The notes under the pieces were generated by a model. It saw nothing but the letters and a program-made list of their open reading frames with translations, was not told the origin of the DNA and did not search any database. Shown here piece after piece: positions 24,161-37,100 of a stretch of 64,000 nt of DNA. This stretch comes from Octopus vulgaris (Eukaryota), in contig OX597815.1 in assembly GCA_951406725.2 (NCBI GenBank), positions 175,274,001-175,338,000 on the forward strand. The letters are read 5' to 3'. The first letter of the stretch is position 1, and each line of letters begins with the position of its first letter. The translations under genes and the position numbers were made by a program.

Positions 24161-27100
24161 TCTGTTAGAATGTGTAGGAATTCAGTGATTTTATCAATTA
24201 ACAAGTTTTTATAATCATTTATCTATTAATGATATTATTAGAAAAAGCAACCTAGGACCGGATGAAAGTAATTCGGGTGATCTTGAAACGTTTTTGATTC
24301 TGAATAGGAGTGGATTTGTTATTTGCTAGAGAATAGTAATGGTAACATTCATTTACTGTTGAGGGATCTTGTGGAAGGAATAAATCCAGGAAGTTGTAGG
24401 ACAAAGTGGAGAGAAATGATCATCAGAGGAGGGGACCAGATCTCTGGCCATTTGCTGTGCTTGAGAAGACATGTCTAAGTAAAATTGTGGTCATCCATAC
24501 ATCTAGGCATGTCCTTTATATCCATGCCCCCAATACAATCTGTTCTATCAAAACACCCATACAACCCATCTTCCTAGCATTCCCCATCGCACTGCAGGCC
24601 CCTCCACTCTCCTGCACAAGCCTATCTGCACTCTCTCCATGCCCTCACATATTTATCATGACCCCCACCCTCCAGCCATTCCAATTCCTCTCACCATCAC
24701 TTGCTATCTCTAAACACCTCCCCTCACTCACACGGAACATCCCCCCTCTCTAACCCCTCTATACTACTTATACTCCAGCCACTGTTCCTTGCAGAAAGCC
24801 CCCCAATACAACTCCAACACCATTTCTCTCTCTCTCCCCTTCTTCTCCTGGAGTAGCCAAGTGTGCCCTCTATTATTATAAGACAACTACCCCTCTGCAC
24901 ACAGCCACTTCCCTGGTTTCCTCTCTCAGCCGAGAGGGCTTTGTCTTGCAAGCTACTTGGTGACCGCACCGGTGTTGGTGTAACAAGTACAAGGAAGGGC
25001 ATTCAGCCATAGAAGGCAAAAACAGACGAATGGTGTAGCTCTTTAGCTTGTCAGCTCTTGTTGAACTGTCCAACCCATGCCAGCAGGGAAAACAGACATT
25101 AAATGTGGATGATGATGATTTTAAGTATTTGTCTCTGCATGTTAGTGGATTAATAAAACCATGATAACTAGAATAAATAGCAATAATATACTGGGCTTTA
25201 CAAAACTTCCAAATGGAGGAGATGAAGGGACATTTCAGAATTCTTTTTCTAATGGTTGTGCAGAGTTCTGAGACTAAATAGAGCACAAGAGACCAAATTA
25301 CTTCTCCCAGCACCTGTCATGGCTTAACTCTATTGACTGCCATCAACACACAGCATTTCTTCACTCATCATCGTCATCGTTTAATGTCTGCTTTTCCATG
25401 ATAGCATGGGTTGGATGGTTTAACAGGAACTGGTAGAACAGAGGGTTGCACCAGGCTCCAGTTGTCTGTTTTAACATGGTTTCTATGACTGGATGCCCTT
25501 CATAAGGCCAACTACTTCACAGAGGAGTGTACTGGGCGCTTTTTACATGACACCCGGTACACATTGTCTAAATGATTCTCTCTCACCAGCAGAACAGCTT
25601 ATAACATCAGTTCATACAAGTGGACGGCTAATCTGTTAATCTGGGCTTAGGATGCTGCTTGATATTACAACACTTCCATCCAACAACTTGCTCTTTATAA
25701 TAAATAATGGAAGGAACGGTGGATTGTCTACAGCTCTAAGTAAGGAAAACAGTCTTCCAAGAGAAACTTGTAAGCAAAAGACTTATAAGTTTGATGCAGA
25801 ACAATTATGAAATATGATCAGTGAGGGTAGATGAGCTGCAAGGGATTAAGCTGAGGGCTCTGTGATGAGTTTGGTGTGAATGAAAGAGAGAGAGAGGTTA
25901 AGCAGAAAAGATTTAGAAAGCAACTGGGTTCCTGATCACTAAGTCAGTTTATACAACTTGAGAAACAATAACAATCACCATCATTTAACATCCATCTTCC
26001 ATCTTGGATGGTTTAACAGGGGCTGGCAAGGCTGGAGAGCTGTGCCAGGTTCCATTGTTTTTCAGGCATGGTTTCTACAGCTGGATGACTTTCCTAATGC
26101 CAACCACTTTACAGAATATGTACTGGGTGTTTTTATGTGGCACCAGCACAGGTATTTATAAGCCTGCAATGTGATTAGATGATGCTTATTGGGTTGGGTA
26201 GGGGTGTGTTTGCACTTGGGTAGAATATACCTGGTGGTGTTAATATATTCAATGAACAAGCAGATATGCTTCAACTGTTTTATAAAAGTTCTCTTTTTTA
26301 TAGCTTAGCCTGTAGGAAAGAGATGTGCCCACGACTCTCATAGGCCCTCATCATTGGTCAGCTTTGTATGGCAGAGCAAAAGCTGTATATGGATGTCTAC
26401 TGAGAAAGTGTGGACAAGAGAGTAAAGCCAGAGGGTAGGTATTTTGAGGAGGAGGAAGGGCATATTGTTTAGTACGAGCAGTGGGAAAGAAGTCAGTATG
26501 GGTGATGAGATGAAGAGAAGTGCCTGTGTTGGGTAAAGTTGAAGTAGGATGTAAATCAGTGAGCTGAGAGAAGCAGAGGTTGTTGCAGCAATAGTAGAAA
26601 AAGGTGAGATGTGCTACGAGAAGTTATTTTCCTTGCTGGACATTGTTAACAACATATGAGAGGAACTCAGGGAGGATATATAAGTGGTGCTCTCTTGAAA
26701 TGTGTTGGGGAGGAGTCTCAGCTGTCTGTGAGGTTCCCTGTGGTACAGGTGAAATCAGACATTGAAATGTGACATTCTTTGGGGTATCCCTTCTTCTATG
26801 GACGATATTATGTGGATAGCAGTTCAACTGGTTGTTACTTGTTGACATAAATCTGCTCTTAAGAAGACATTCCAGAGGAGATCAGCATACATGTGGGTTA
26901 GAGATGAAAGTATGAAGTATCTTATTAATGAGTTAGATGGCTTTTTGGTGTTCTAAGATCTTTGTGTCTTTAGTAGCAGTATCGTTTTAGATGTGGAAGC
27001 AATCTTCTTTTGTAGGTATCACCAAACTTTGTAGAGTCAGCCACTGTTCAGGAATGAAGTACGTTGGACTTTGGTTTGTATTATGTTAATGAATGAAAGG

Positions 27101-28191
27101 TAATCAAGAGAGATCATTAATAATTGTAAGCATTTGTTACAACATTGAGAGTTCTTTATTGATTTGTGCAGTGAGAGGAGCTTGCTTTGTAACCATGGGA
27201 TCTCAGGTTCAATGTTGTGTCTTGGGACAAGTGGCTTCTACTACAGCCCTAGGTTGGCCAATCTTGTGAATGGATTTGGTAGATGGAAACTAAAAAAGTT
27301 TAAATTGTGTGCATGTGTGTATACACATACACATTTACATAGACAAAATCTATGTATGTATGTATGTGCATCTATGTATGTATGTGTGTGTGTGTATATG
27401 TACCTTGTACTGACATCATGTGATGATTGTAAACAAGCATTGCTGTCATACTAACAATGATATTCATTTTCAGTTTTCTGTAAGAATCATGTCTGGCCAC
27501 TGGGAAATATTACCTTGCTTGGAAAGGGGTAAAAGTTAGGAGCAGGAAGGGCATCTAGCAGTTGAAAATCTGCCTCAACAAATTCTGTCTGACCCATGCA
27601 AGCATGAAAAACTGGGTGTTAAATGATGATAATGATGAAGACTATCTTTAAACTGTTGATGGAGACAAATTTCCATGTGTCCATTGGAGAATGCTTTTTG
27701 AGGTGTCTGGTGAAGAAACAGTGAAGGAAAAATGACATTATCTGCATGGGTGAGTGCATTGTGTCAGTGAGAAGGCTGTTAATATACAAGAGGAGAATAC
27801 AAGAAAACCTTGGGACACATCAGAATTGATGAGTGCATCGGAGAGAGAGAGAACCTGAATCAGAAGCTGTGGTCTAAGCAGAAAGTCTAAAGTTAACCAA
27901 GAAATTCTTAAGCCATAAGCAATCAAGTGCTTTGTTATGAGATTGTTTTTACAAAATATTTCAGTGTAGACTATTATGCTCTTGGTGATTCTGAATTTTT
28001 AGTTGAAACAAAAGAAGTACAATTTGATCTAAATTTTGCATTTTGTCTTCCTAGTATGGCAATAATAGGGAATGCAAGTGTCTTTGATGGGTTCAAAGAC
28101 TAATGTCAGATATTCTGTTCTGGGAATTTCTGTCACTGTCCTATTTATAAACTGAATTATCTATTTATGGAAAAAAGAAAACAAGCCTTAC

Positions 28192-28280
28192 CTGTGCACC
28201 ATATATGTAATTTTCCAGCATGCTGCTCCCTAAACAGATCCCACTGACATCCCAGATTTGCAGTACCACATTCATTTGAC
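28192..28280 (-). CDS. RAB28: Rab28 exon 3 (G3/switch II)
   Basis: TTTCAG|...|GTAAGG, 89 nt. Translates (G)QMNVVLQIWDVSGICLGSSMLENYIYGAQ. Confidence 0.94.
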
Positions 28281-29738
28281 CTGAAACAGAAAGTACAATC
28301 CCAAAAGTACTTTAGGATAAGAGGAGATAAAAATCACTGATGGCATTCAAAAGGTTCATAAAAGTTTAAAAAGTTTTTTTCTAAAATTCCACAGAACCAG
28401 TTGTGAAATTTCATTGCTTCTTTGCATTGTGGAGATTATCAGAATATAAACAGATTGAGAAAAGAAGTTAACAGGAAGTTTCTACTACAGAGGCCGGATG
28501 AAATCTGATACAAAAGACCAACAAGTGAATCCCAGGTAACCAATTTCAAGTCCTCAAGGAAGGAAGGGAAGTTGACTAAAATAATAATAATAATTTGAAC
28601 CAATTAAGTTGCAGAATCACACTGAAGAATTTTTCCTTTTGAGATAATCCTGAACTTTACCAGAATGTAAAACAGTTAAAAAAAAAAGCCTAAACAAAAC
28701 GAAAAAAACAAGTGAGCTCTGAACTTAGACAAATGCCCCAATATGCAAATAGCTGAAAGATGTGGGACGAAGTGGTGAGAAAGGATCTACAGACATTGAG
28801 ACTCAAAGAGGGGGTGACAGGGGACAAAGACTCCCGGTCGTTTGCTGTACTTGAAAAGACACATCAAGCTAAGTAAAAGCATGGTGGTCCTTGCATCATA
28901 CAGGCCGCTCCCTGCATCCCTAACCTTGCAGGTTCATTGGTGCTGGTGCCACATAAAAAGCACCTACATCACTGCCATGTAAATGCACCCATGCGGATGC
29001 TGCACAAAAGTGCTCAGCACACTCTGTAAATTGATTGGCATTAGGAAGGACATCCAGTTGTAGAGAAACCATGCCAAATTGGACTCAGCTGGAGCCTGGG
29101 CAGCTCTGGTCAGCTCCTCCTGCCAAACCGTCTAACCCATGCCAGCATGGAAAATGGGCATGAAATGATGATGATATATATAGACAAACACAGACACACA
29201 TACAATATATCAAGAACGTTAAATGACGATGATATATCCTATGCTGTTTGTGCCTGTGTTTCTCCCCCCCCCCCCACCGCCACTGCCTGACAATCTGAGA
29301 CGCTGCATTTACATCCCTGTAACTTAGGCCCATAGAAAAAGTACCAGGCTTAAAGAAAAAACAAAACAAATTAAGTCCTGGTGTCAATTCATTTGACTAA
29401 AGAGATGCTTCAAGGTGGTGCCCCAGTATGGCCACAGTCTAATGACTGAAAAAAGTAAAAGATAAAAGGTAAAATAATAATTACCGTTATTTGAATTTGC
29501 ATTTAGTTACATGGAAATATTAGCTTGCAATTTCTTAAACAACCCTTGAATTTCATCCTGTATTTGCATATTGGTTTCAAAATTTAGCACAAGGCCAGCA
29601 TTTTCAGGGGAGGGAGTAACTTGGTTACATCGATACCAGTGTGCAACTGGTACTTATTTTGATGGCCCCAAAACACTGAAAAGTAAGATGGATCTCAGCA
29701 GAATTTGAACTCAGAATATAAGGATGGATTGTTCAGCA

Positions 29739-30296
29739 TTTTACCTGGTCTCCTAATGATTTTTACCCGCCCAGCTAATGATTTCACCTGCTCTCCTAAT
29801 GATTTTTACCTGGTCTACTAATGATTTTCACCTGGTCTGCTAATTATTTTTACCTGGTCTGCTAATGCTTTTCATCTGGTCTGCTAATGATTTTTACCTG
29901 CCCAGCTAATGATTTTTACCAGGTCTGCTAATGATTTTCACCTGGTCTGCTAATGATTTTCACCTGGTCTGCTAATGATTTTCACCTGCTCTCCTAATGA
30001 TTTTTACCTGCTCTCCTAATGATTTTTACCTGCCCAGCTAATGATTTTTACCAGGTCTGCTAATGATTTTCACCTGGTCTGCTAATTATTTTTACCTGGT
30101 CTGCTAATGATTTTCACCTGGTCTGCTAATGATTTTCACTTGGTCTACTAATGATTTTTACCTGGTCTGCTAATGAATTTTACCTGCCCTGCTAATGATT
30201 TTTACCAGGTCTGCTAATGATTTTCACCAGGTCTGCTAATGATTTTCACCTGATCTGCTAATGATTTTTACCTGGTCTGCTAATGATTTTTACCTG
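29739..30296. repeat. Minisatellite, ~21-22-bp unit CTAATGATTTT(T/C)ACCTGGTCTG, about 26 copies
   Basis: Directly visible tandem array with minor unit variants and no spacers. Confidence 0.95.
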
Positions 30297-30969
30297 ACCT
30301 GACAGAAAACTCCTGGAGAGGTAGATGTAGTCGGTAGGCAAGTAAATTTGTTGCTGAGTGGTACTTGAATTAGATAAAGACAAGGATATTGCTTTCACCA
30401 AAGTTCTCAATGGTATGTGACACAGGAAAGCCAATCTGTATGAAAACCAAACAAATGAGTGCGGCTGAAAGAAATTCTGTTGTGTTTATGCAGTAAAGTG
30501 GAAGTTTTTTCAGCAGGACATCTGCAAATTTATTAGACATCCAGCAACTGACGAGAAGGCACACCTGTAATTTAATTTCCTGGTGTCAATTGCAGGTGTT
30601 GAGGTAGCATGTGAAGGTTTCAGGTGTTTGCTTGTTTAGCTGCAGCATTGCTCCATGTGTAACACCTGGAGTTTTGTTGCTGTGGCTTTGACAGTATGAA
30701 TGTATATTCTGCCCATGGGAAGGTTTGTATCCAATATTACAAGCCAAAATAAGATAAGGATCAATTATACAATGTCGTCCAATGGTTGATATTTACAAAG
30801 AGATAATCTGGACTATTGAAAGTGAAATGTCTTTTCTGGAAACACAAAATAACTGGGGGAAAAGGAATACATTTGAAAGACACTGTCAGACACTACTTGT
30901 GTGATATAATGTGGAGTTCATTTATAACTGTAGCATGATGCCCAGACAAGGAAACACACACATATATAC

Positions 30970-31490
30970 ATCATCTGCTTTCCATGCTGGCATGGGTTGG
31001 ACGGTTTGACTGAGGACTGGTGAGCTAGAAGGCTGCACCAGGCACCAATCTGATCTGGCAGAGTTTCTACAGCTGGATGCCCTGCCTAACGCCAACCACT
31101 CCGAGAGTGTAGTGGATGCTTTTACGTGCCACTAGCACGAGGGCCAGTCAGGCGATACTGGCAACGTCCACGCTCAAATGGTGTTTTTTTATGTGCAATG
31201 ACCATGCTTAAAAGGTGTTTTTTATGTACAGGAATGTTTTTTATGTGCCAGTCTGGTGGCACTGGCAATGACCACGCTTGAATGTTGTTTTTCACATGCT
31301 GGTAAGGTGATGCTAGCAACAATCACGTTTGAATGGTGCTTTTTACATGTTACCGGCATGGAAGCCAATCTGTGGCCCGGCAATGATCACGCTCGGATGT
31401 GCTTTAAACATTCCACTGGCACGAGTGCCAATCAGGTGGTACTGTGATCGGCCATGTCAGTGATTTTGATTTCACTTGCCTCAATAGGTC
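30970..31490 (-). mobile_element. RTE 3' UTR/tail element
   Basis: Reverse complement of the 3' UTR seen at 46690-47220. Confidence 0.8.
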
Positions 31491-31975
31491 TACATAGGAG
31501 ATAAACGATGGGCTTCTTTCAGTTTCCATTTACCAAATCCACTTATAAGGCTTTAGTAGGCCCAGGGCCCGCCCATAATGCCATGCACTGGGTCTGAACC
31601 TGAAACCACATTGTTGGGAAGTGAACTTCTTAAGTACACAGCAGCTATGCATACCTGTGCATATTTTTTTTTACAAAATACAACTGATGCACCTGGAGGT
31701 GAATCCTACCCAAGATTTGTTCAATGGGGCATCACTGACCCAGATCTTGTCATTCTATCTTCATGCTATACCTATGTCATACTTAATATTTTATCTCTGA
31801 AAGGGATTTCAAATCACACAACTAAGTGAAGTGGGTCATTCGAGAGTGAACAAGGCAAGCTGTTGCCCTATCAGCAAACAATTTGCGACTGAGTTGGCCA
31901 ACAGGATTTGTTTAATCTCTACTAACATTGACAAAAAAAAGAATATCTAGAAAATGAAAAACAAATATCACTTAC

Positions 31976-32072
31976 CCCTTAGAATGATTCTTTTCAAATA
32001 AAAGTCCACTCCCATCGTTTTTTTATATTCTTTCCAGAAATTGTCCTGTGTGTATCGAGTTGCTATGGAAGT
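31976..32072 (-). CDS. RAB28: Rab28 exon 2 (switch I)
   Basis: TTGCAG|...|GTAAGT, 97 nt. Translates TSIATRYTQDNFWKEYKKTMGVDFYLKRIILR(G). Confidence 0.94.
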
Positions 32073-35000
32073 CTGCAAGTTTGAAGAGTTGATAGATTTA
32101 GATTTAATGGCAAGGCATGGAGATTTCCTAGAGTAAGCAAATAGTAGCTAGGCTGAAAATATAATCTATAAAAGGTAAAAATAAGACAGCTCTTAAAATT
32201 TCAATAAGTTGTTAGTATGCTCTAAATCTTGTTGGAATGTTGTTGAGCTATTTTTAATAGATCCATATCAGACAGAAACTTTAAATCTCAATGATTGAAT
32301 ATCAGTGAACACTCCCAATGAATAGTTAGTTGCATGGCTTTGGAAAAGTCTTAGATATATTTAAGCTATGATAACAGACAAATGACAACAGAGCAGAATT
32401 GATAGAAATGTAGCTTCACAAGCTAATGCACAATATGGCACACACGAATTAGAGATGAAGTTGTCTGGAAAGGACCTTTCTAAAACTTCAATGGTTAAGG
32501 CCATAGATATTTGGATAAGGGATCTATGAAACGTTTGCCTTTATGGCCTTTGTAGTTATTCCCTGCACCATTGCTACCAAGCGAAGCACAGGAGCAATAA
32601 TAATGGCAGCACCAATGAAGGCGTTTGATGGACACTGGCACAACCAAACAGGAAGTGGCAGAAGGCTCCGAAAATGGATGACAGTGGATTTACAGAGTAA
32701 CCAGGGAAGAGATGCAGTAACGCTTAGCATTGTAGATTCCTAAAGTTCTTCTTGGATGCCAGTTGTGAAAAAAGCCTCAAAGGAAGGAGATCTTTAGTCT
32801 GTAAAAAAGTTTTGCAACCAAACAGAAGGAACAAACACTTGAAACATGTGGACATATTTGTGTTGTGCTTGATTACCCTTGAAAAGAGGCACCAATGCCA
32901 GGAAGTAAATATAAGGTGCCAGGAATGTGTTTAGTGTGTAAAATTGGTCTATCCAATTGTGTTACACCACTAAGCTTATTGGGTGTTTTTAGCAGGGTGT
33001 ATTCATGGATGGTTAAAAAGGTTGGATGGAGTGTTGAAGAAGGAGCAAGAACCTCTGAAATGTGCATCACCCACCCACCACCTATTATTACTATCTTCAT
33101 TTGCACTATTTACATGAGTGCATTTGTATACAAAATGTTTGTAACGGTTAAGATTGATTAGGTACACAATATGAAATGTCAGAGTCAGCAGTTGTAACGA
33201 TAAAAATTTGTTGTTATAACAGCATGTTGTAGGATGTGAATGATGAACAATGCATGAAGTTTTAAGAAAGTATTTATTTATCATAACATTGAAAATACCG
33301 TGCCTCGTTGGGCAGGTTATATAATCTGAGAGCATGTGAAAGAAAGTTGGATGTGGTAGAATTTCTCTTAGCAGTAAGCCACCAATAGTGATAGAATGAT
33401 GTTGTAAAAGAACAGATATAGAGCTAGTGAAAGTTGTAGGACATCTCAGTTGCTGACATTAAATTCCATTTCTCTGTCTGACTATTGTCTTTAGTAGCTG
33501 CCTTGCATATGATTGTGATTCTAGCACTCTGTTCCCTAACTGATCGAGTTGTCACGAGCCGACTCACTCAGTTGTCATCAAGTGACTACTTGTTTTTTTG
33601 CTTGGGGTTCTTGCTTTTATAACTATCCAGAAGGATAGACATATCGTTGAGAACAATGGGCTTCATTGGTGGTACTGTGATATCTATTCTAGCTTTTGAG
33701 TATAGAAGAGGTTATAAAGGTCAAGTGGTGAAGACATTATTTTGGCCTAGCTAAAGGCAATCTGGCAAATGTAAAACTGCTGTCACTGAAAAAACCATCT
33801 GTTGAACTGCTAATTTAAATTTGGCTCTGGTGGATTGAATCCACTTCATGCTTGCAAGATTCCCTACATGTTGTATCTTTTAGTGGTGGTTCTGAGTTCT
33901 ATAGAAAATCTATAGATGTAAACTTAAGAAAAAAAAAGCTGCCATGCCATGCCATTCTTGCCATACCCCCCCAAGAAAAAAAAAAAAAATTTGTTAAACT
34001 CTTGCCACTTGATATCATTAACATTTCCATTGACAATTCAGACAAACCTGCCCCAAAGTATTTCAGGTTGTCCAGCGTAACCCGAAGATCAGTACATGAT
34101 GAACTCAAGGAGAGAAATATCGTTAGTGTAATGAACGTGTATTACCCAGTTTAGATGGTGTCTACAAATGAATGAAGACAATTTGTCAAGCAAAGTGAAA
34201 TGAAGTTGGCATCATGAATGTTGCTATTAACCTCAAACACATGGATTATTATCTTTGCCATTTACCCCCACTTTTTCGTTTTCATTTTAATGTGGCTTAC
34301 ATACTATATTACAAACACTGAAAATAGATTCTAAGTCCTGACTTACAACGACTGTTCACTTCTGTGGAACTGCCATTTATTTTCCAGTAAACACTGAAGT
34401 ATGAAAATTAATCTAGACAACTACCAGCAGAGCAGGTCATAGTTTGATGCAATTTGTTTGAAATTTGTAACAGGACAGAAATGGAGGATAATGTATTTGC
34501 AGTAACTTCAATCAGGCGGATTTCATAGCAGATGTCACACTTCTTAAATAGAAGAAACAGAACTGCAACATTCAACCCTACCACTTTATTTCGACTGATT
34601 TCTGTCACTGAACTTTGGCCACATTGGAGTAGCACCTTATATCAAAGCTGTCTGGATCTTATTTCATTATTCTTGTAAAATACAAAATATGGAGTGGGTA
34701 TGGGTGTAGGGGAGACCATCATATTCAGCATCCGTTTCCCATGCTGGCATCGGTAAGATAGTTTGACTGGAACTGGTAAGTCGGAGAGCTGCACCAGGCT
34801 CCAGTCTAATTTGGCATGGTTTCTATGGCTGCATGCCCTTCCTGATGCCAACCACTCCATAGAGTGTACCGGGTGTCTTTTACGTGTCACCAGAACTGGC
34901 CACGGCAACGGTTAAACTTCATCAAACGTTAATACTGCAATGTATTTCTAATCAAATGTCCAAATTCTCACCTGAAACGATCATTGTTTTACAACTGTTT

Positions 35001-35549
35001 TCTATGTGGGCATCGGTTGAACAGGCCATTATGGTTTGGTTCAATTCTCATTTGGAATGACTGCTTTGATAGGTGGATCACAGGCTGTAGCTTGCTCATG
35101 GGCTTTACTGCAATCAGCTCCCAGTTACAATTTAACTTGAGTTTCTCTTGTTTAAATATGTGATGTTAGTTTATATGCTTTACTTTCTTTCAGTAACCCT
35201 TCATCCTCTATTGATGACCACAGCAAATAACTGATAAATATGGATTCTCATTTATGTGTGTGTGTGTGTGCATATTGGTATTATAATTGTAGCAGACCAG
35301 ACTGAGTACCTAATAAACATAGTAAGAATTCCCTTGGTGTACGCTTGACTGGCCACACAAGTAGCAGCTACAAACCTGCTACTAATGACAGTGGTACACA
35401 CTTCCCTGATGTTGACATAAATAACCCTAATCCATCGTGAGCATGTCACAGGAGGCGAGTGAAGGCTGAGAAAGTATTGATAAAGAGATCAAATGCACCA
35501 ACTGTCAACTGTAATAATTCCGATGCTATTGAATTTGATGCAAATACAT

Positions 35550-35988
35550 AGAACGTTAAAAGCACATCTGAGCATGATTGTTGCCAGGGCCATGGATTCA
35601 CTCCAGTGCCGGTGGCACACGAAAATAACCATTTGGGCGTGATCATTGCCAGCATCACCTCACTGGCACATGTGCTGGTGGCATGTGAAAAACAACATTC
35701 GAGCATGGTCGTTGCCAGTGCTGCCGGACTGGCTCCCGTGCAAATAGCACATATAAAACACTTTTCGAACGTGGTCGTTGCCAGAACCGTCTGACTGGTC
35801 CCTGTGCTGGTGTCACGTAAAAGCACTCACTATACTCTTGGAGTGGGTGGCATTAGGAAGGGCATCCAGCTGTAGAAACTTTGCTAGATCAGATTGAGCC
35901 TGGTGCAGCCTCTGGCTCACCAGTCCCCAGTCAAACCGTCCAACCCATGCCAGCATGAAAAGCAGAAGTTAAACGATGATGATGATGT
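35550..35988 (+). mobile_element. RTE 3' UTR/tail element
   Basis: Internal GTGGCAC..AAAA..CACC repeats and a CCAACCCATGCCAGCATG...AAACGATGATGATG end. Confidence 0.8.
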
Positions 35989-36659
35989 ATTTTTGCTTTA
36001 AACTGAATTTTGATTTTAATTTCTTTCAATAATTTGCTCCTTTTTTTTTGTTTTTGTAAATATCATCCAATTCTTTATTGACTCAATAACGGTGAGAATT
36101 CCAACTAACCACGTTGAATCTCTTGTATACATTCTTTTATTCTTTGGACCTTTCTGTTGCGAAATGAAGGCTTGTCACAGAAGTCTGATCTATGTTTCAG
36201 TAGTATTTAGCAAATGGAATATATATTTTTATCTGGATAAGATGCTGTAGCGGGGTTTAAATTTGATGTCACACTCAGAAAACAAATATTTTCACTGAGC
36301 AACAAGCAAAAGGGCCACAGCATATCAAGGGACCTGTCTTGTCCAGCTGCAATTGTACGATTCATAGAATTTTCCATGAGTTTTCCACTTAACATTGTTA
36401 TAAATTGAGGTTTGCACCAAGTTCTCATGAGTAGAGGGATGAGATGCAAGCATCATGTGTGAGAGGCCCCAGAAAAGGCAGATAAATGCAGAATTTTTGG
36501 TCAAATGCTTGACCTCAGGTTAAAAAGAATCACTTGTCTTCCATAAACATAATATTGACTAGAGCAAAACACTTCATTTCACACTGACCCAGTCCACTCA
36601 ACTGGCAAAAATAAGAAATCCTGCAATGGATTGGCATCCCATCCATGTAAGGAATGTAT

Positions 36660-37100
36660 ATAGTGAGAATTTACAAAAAAAGCAAAAGACGAAGACGGGT
36701 GTGTAAACAAGAAACAGATGTATTAGTTTAGTGCTCGGGAAGTGAGAAAGTCTTTTACATTTCAAGCCTGCGCCCTTCAATAGAAAGGAACATGAAGAAA
36801 TAAAGAGGGAGAGAGAAATGACAACAGGAAAAAGTAGAAAGTACAAATAAGCTCAGAAAAGTTCAAAAGGTTCAAATTTCGTAGTGTATTGGAGTAGTTT
36901 CTCATCAACAGAAGAGTCCAGTGTAATCCATGGGTAGGAGAGGTGCAGTCTGAGTGTAGGAGAGTAGAAAGTCCAGGTAGAATAGTCCAAGAAAAGTTCG
37001 AAGTGTTATGAGGTGGAGACAGAATGAAACTGGAGCGACCACGTGAGCGTGTAAACAACAAACAGATGTATTAGTTTAACGCTCAGGAAGTGATAGAGTC
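36660..37100 (-). mobile_element. Non-autonomous repeat with partial tandem terminal repeat (Penelope pLTR-like)
   Basis: GTGTAAACAA..AACAGATGTATTAGTTTA..GCTC.GGAAGTGA occurs at about 36701 and 37050. Same family as 63820-63995 and 38148-38220. Confidence 0.55.

Noticed and set aside
26620-27070. Possible decayed Penelope RT-linker fragment
   Set aside because: Only faint resemblance (YPHNIV..., PQGTS); not enough to call by eye.
29739-30296. CRISPR-like array
   Set aside because: Contiguous tandem units with no unique spacers, no cas genes, and a eukaryotic intron context.
32500-34250. Cys/Lys-rich short ORFs suggesting an old retroelement gag or endonuclease
   Set aside because: No intact diagnostic motif could be read.
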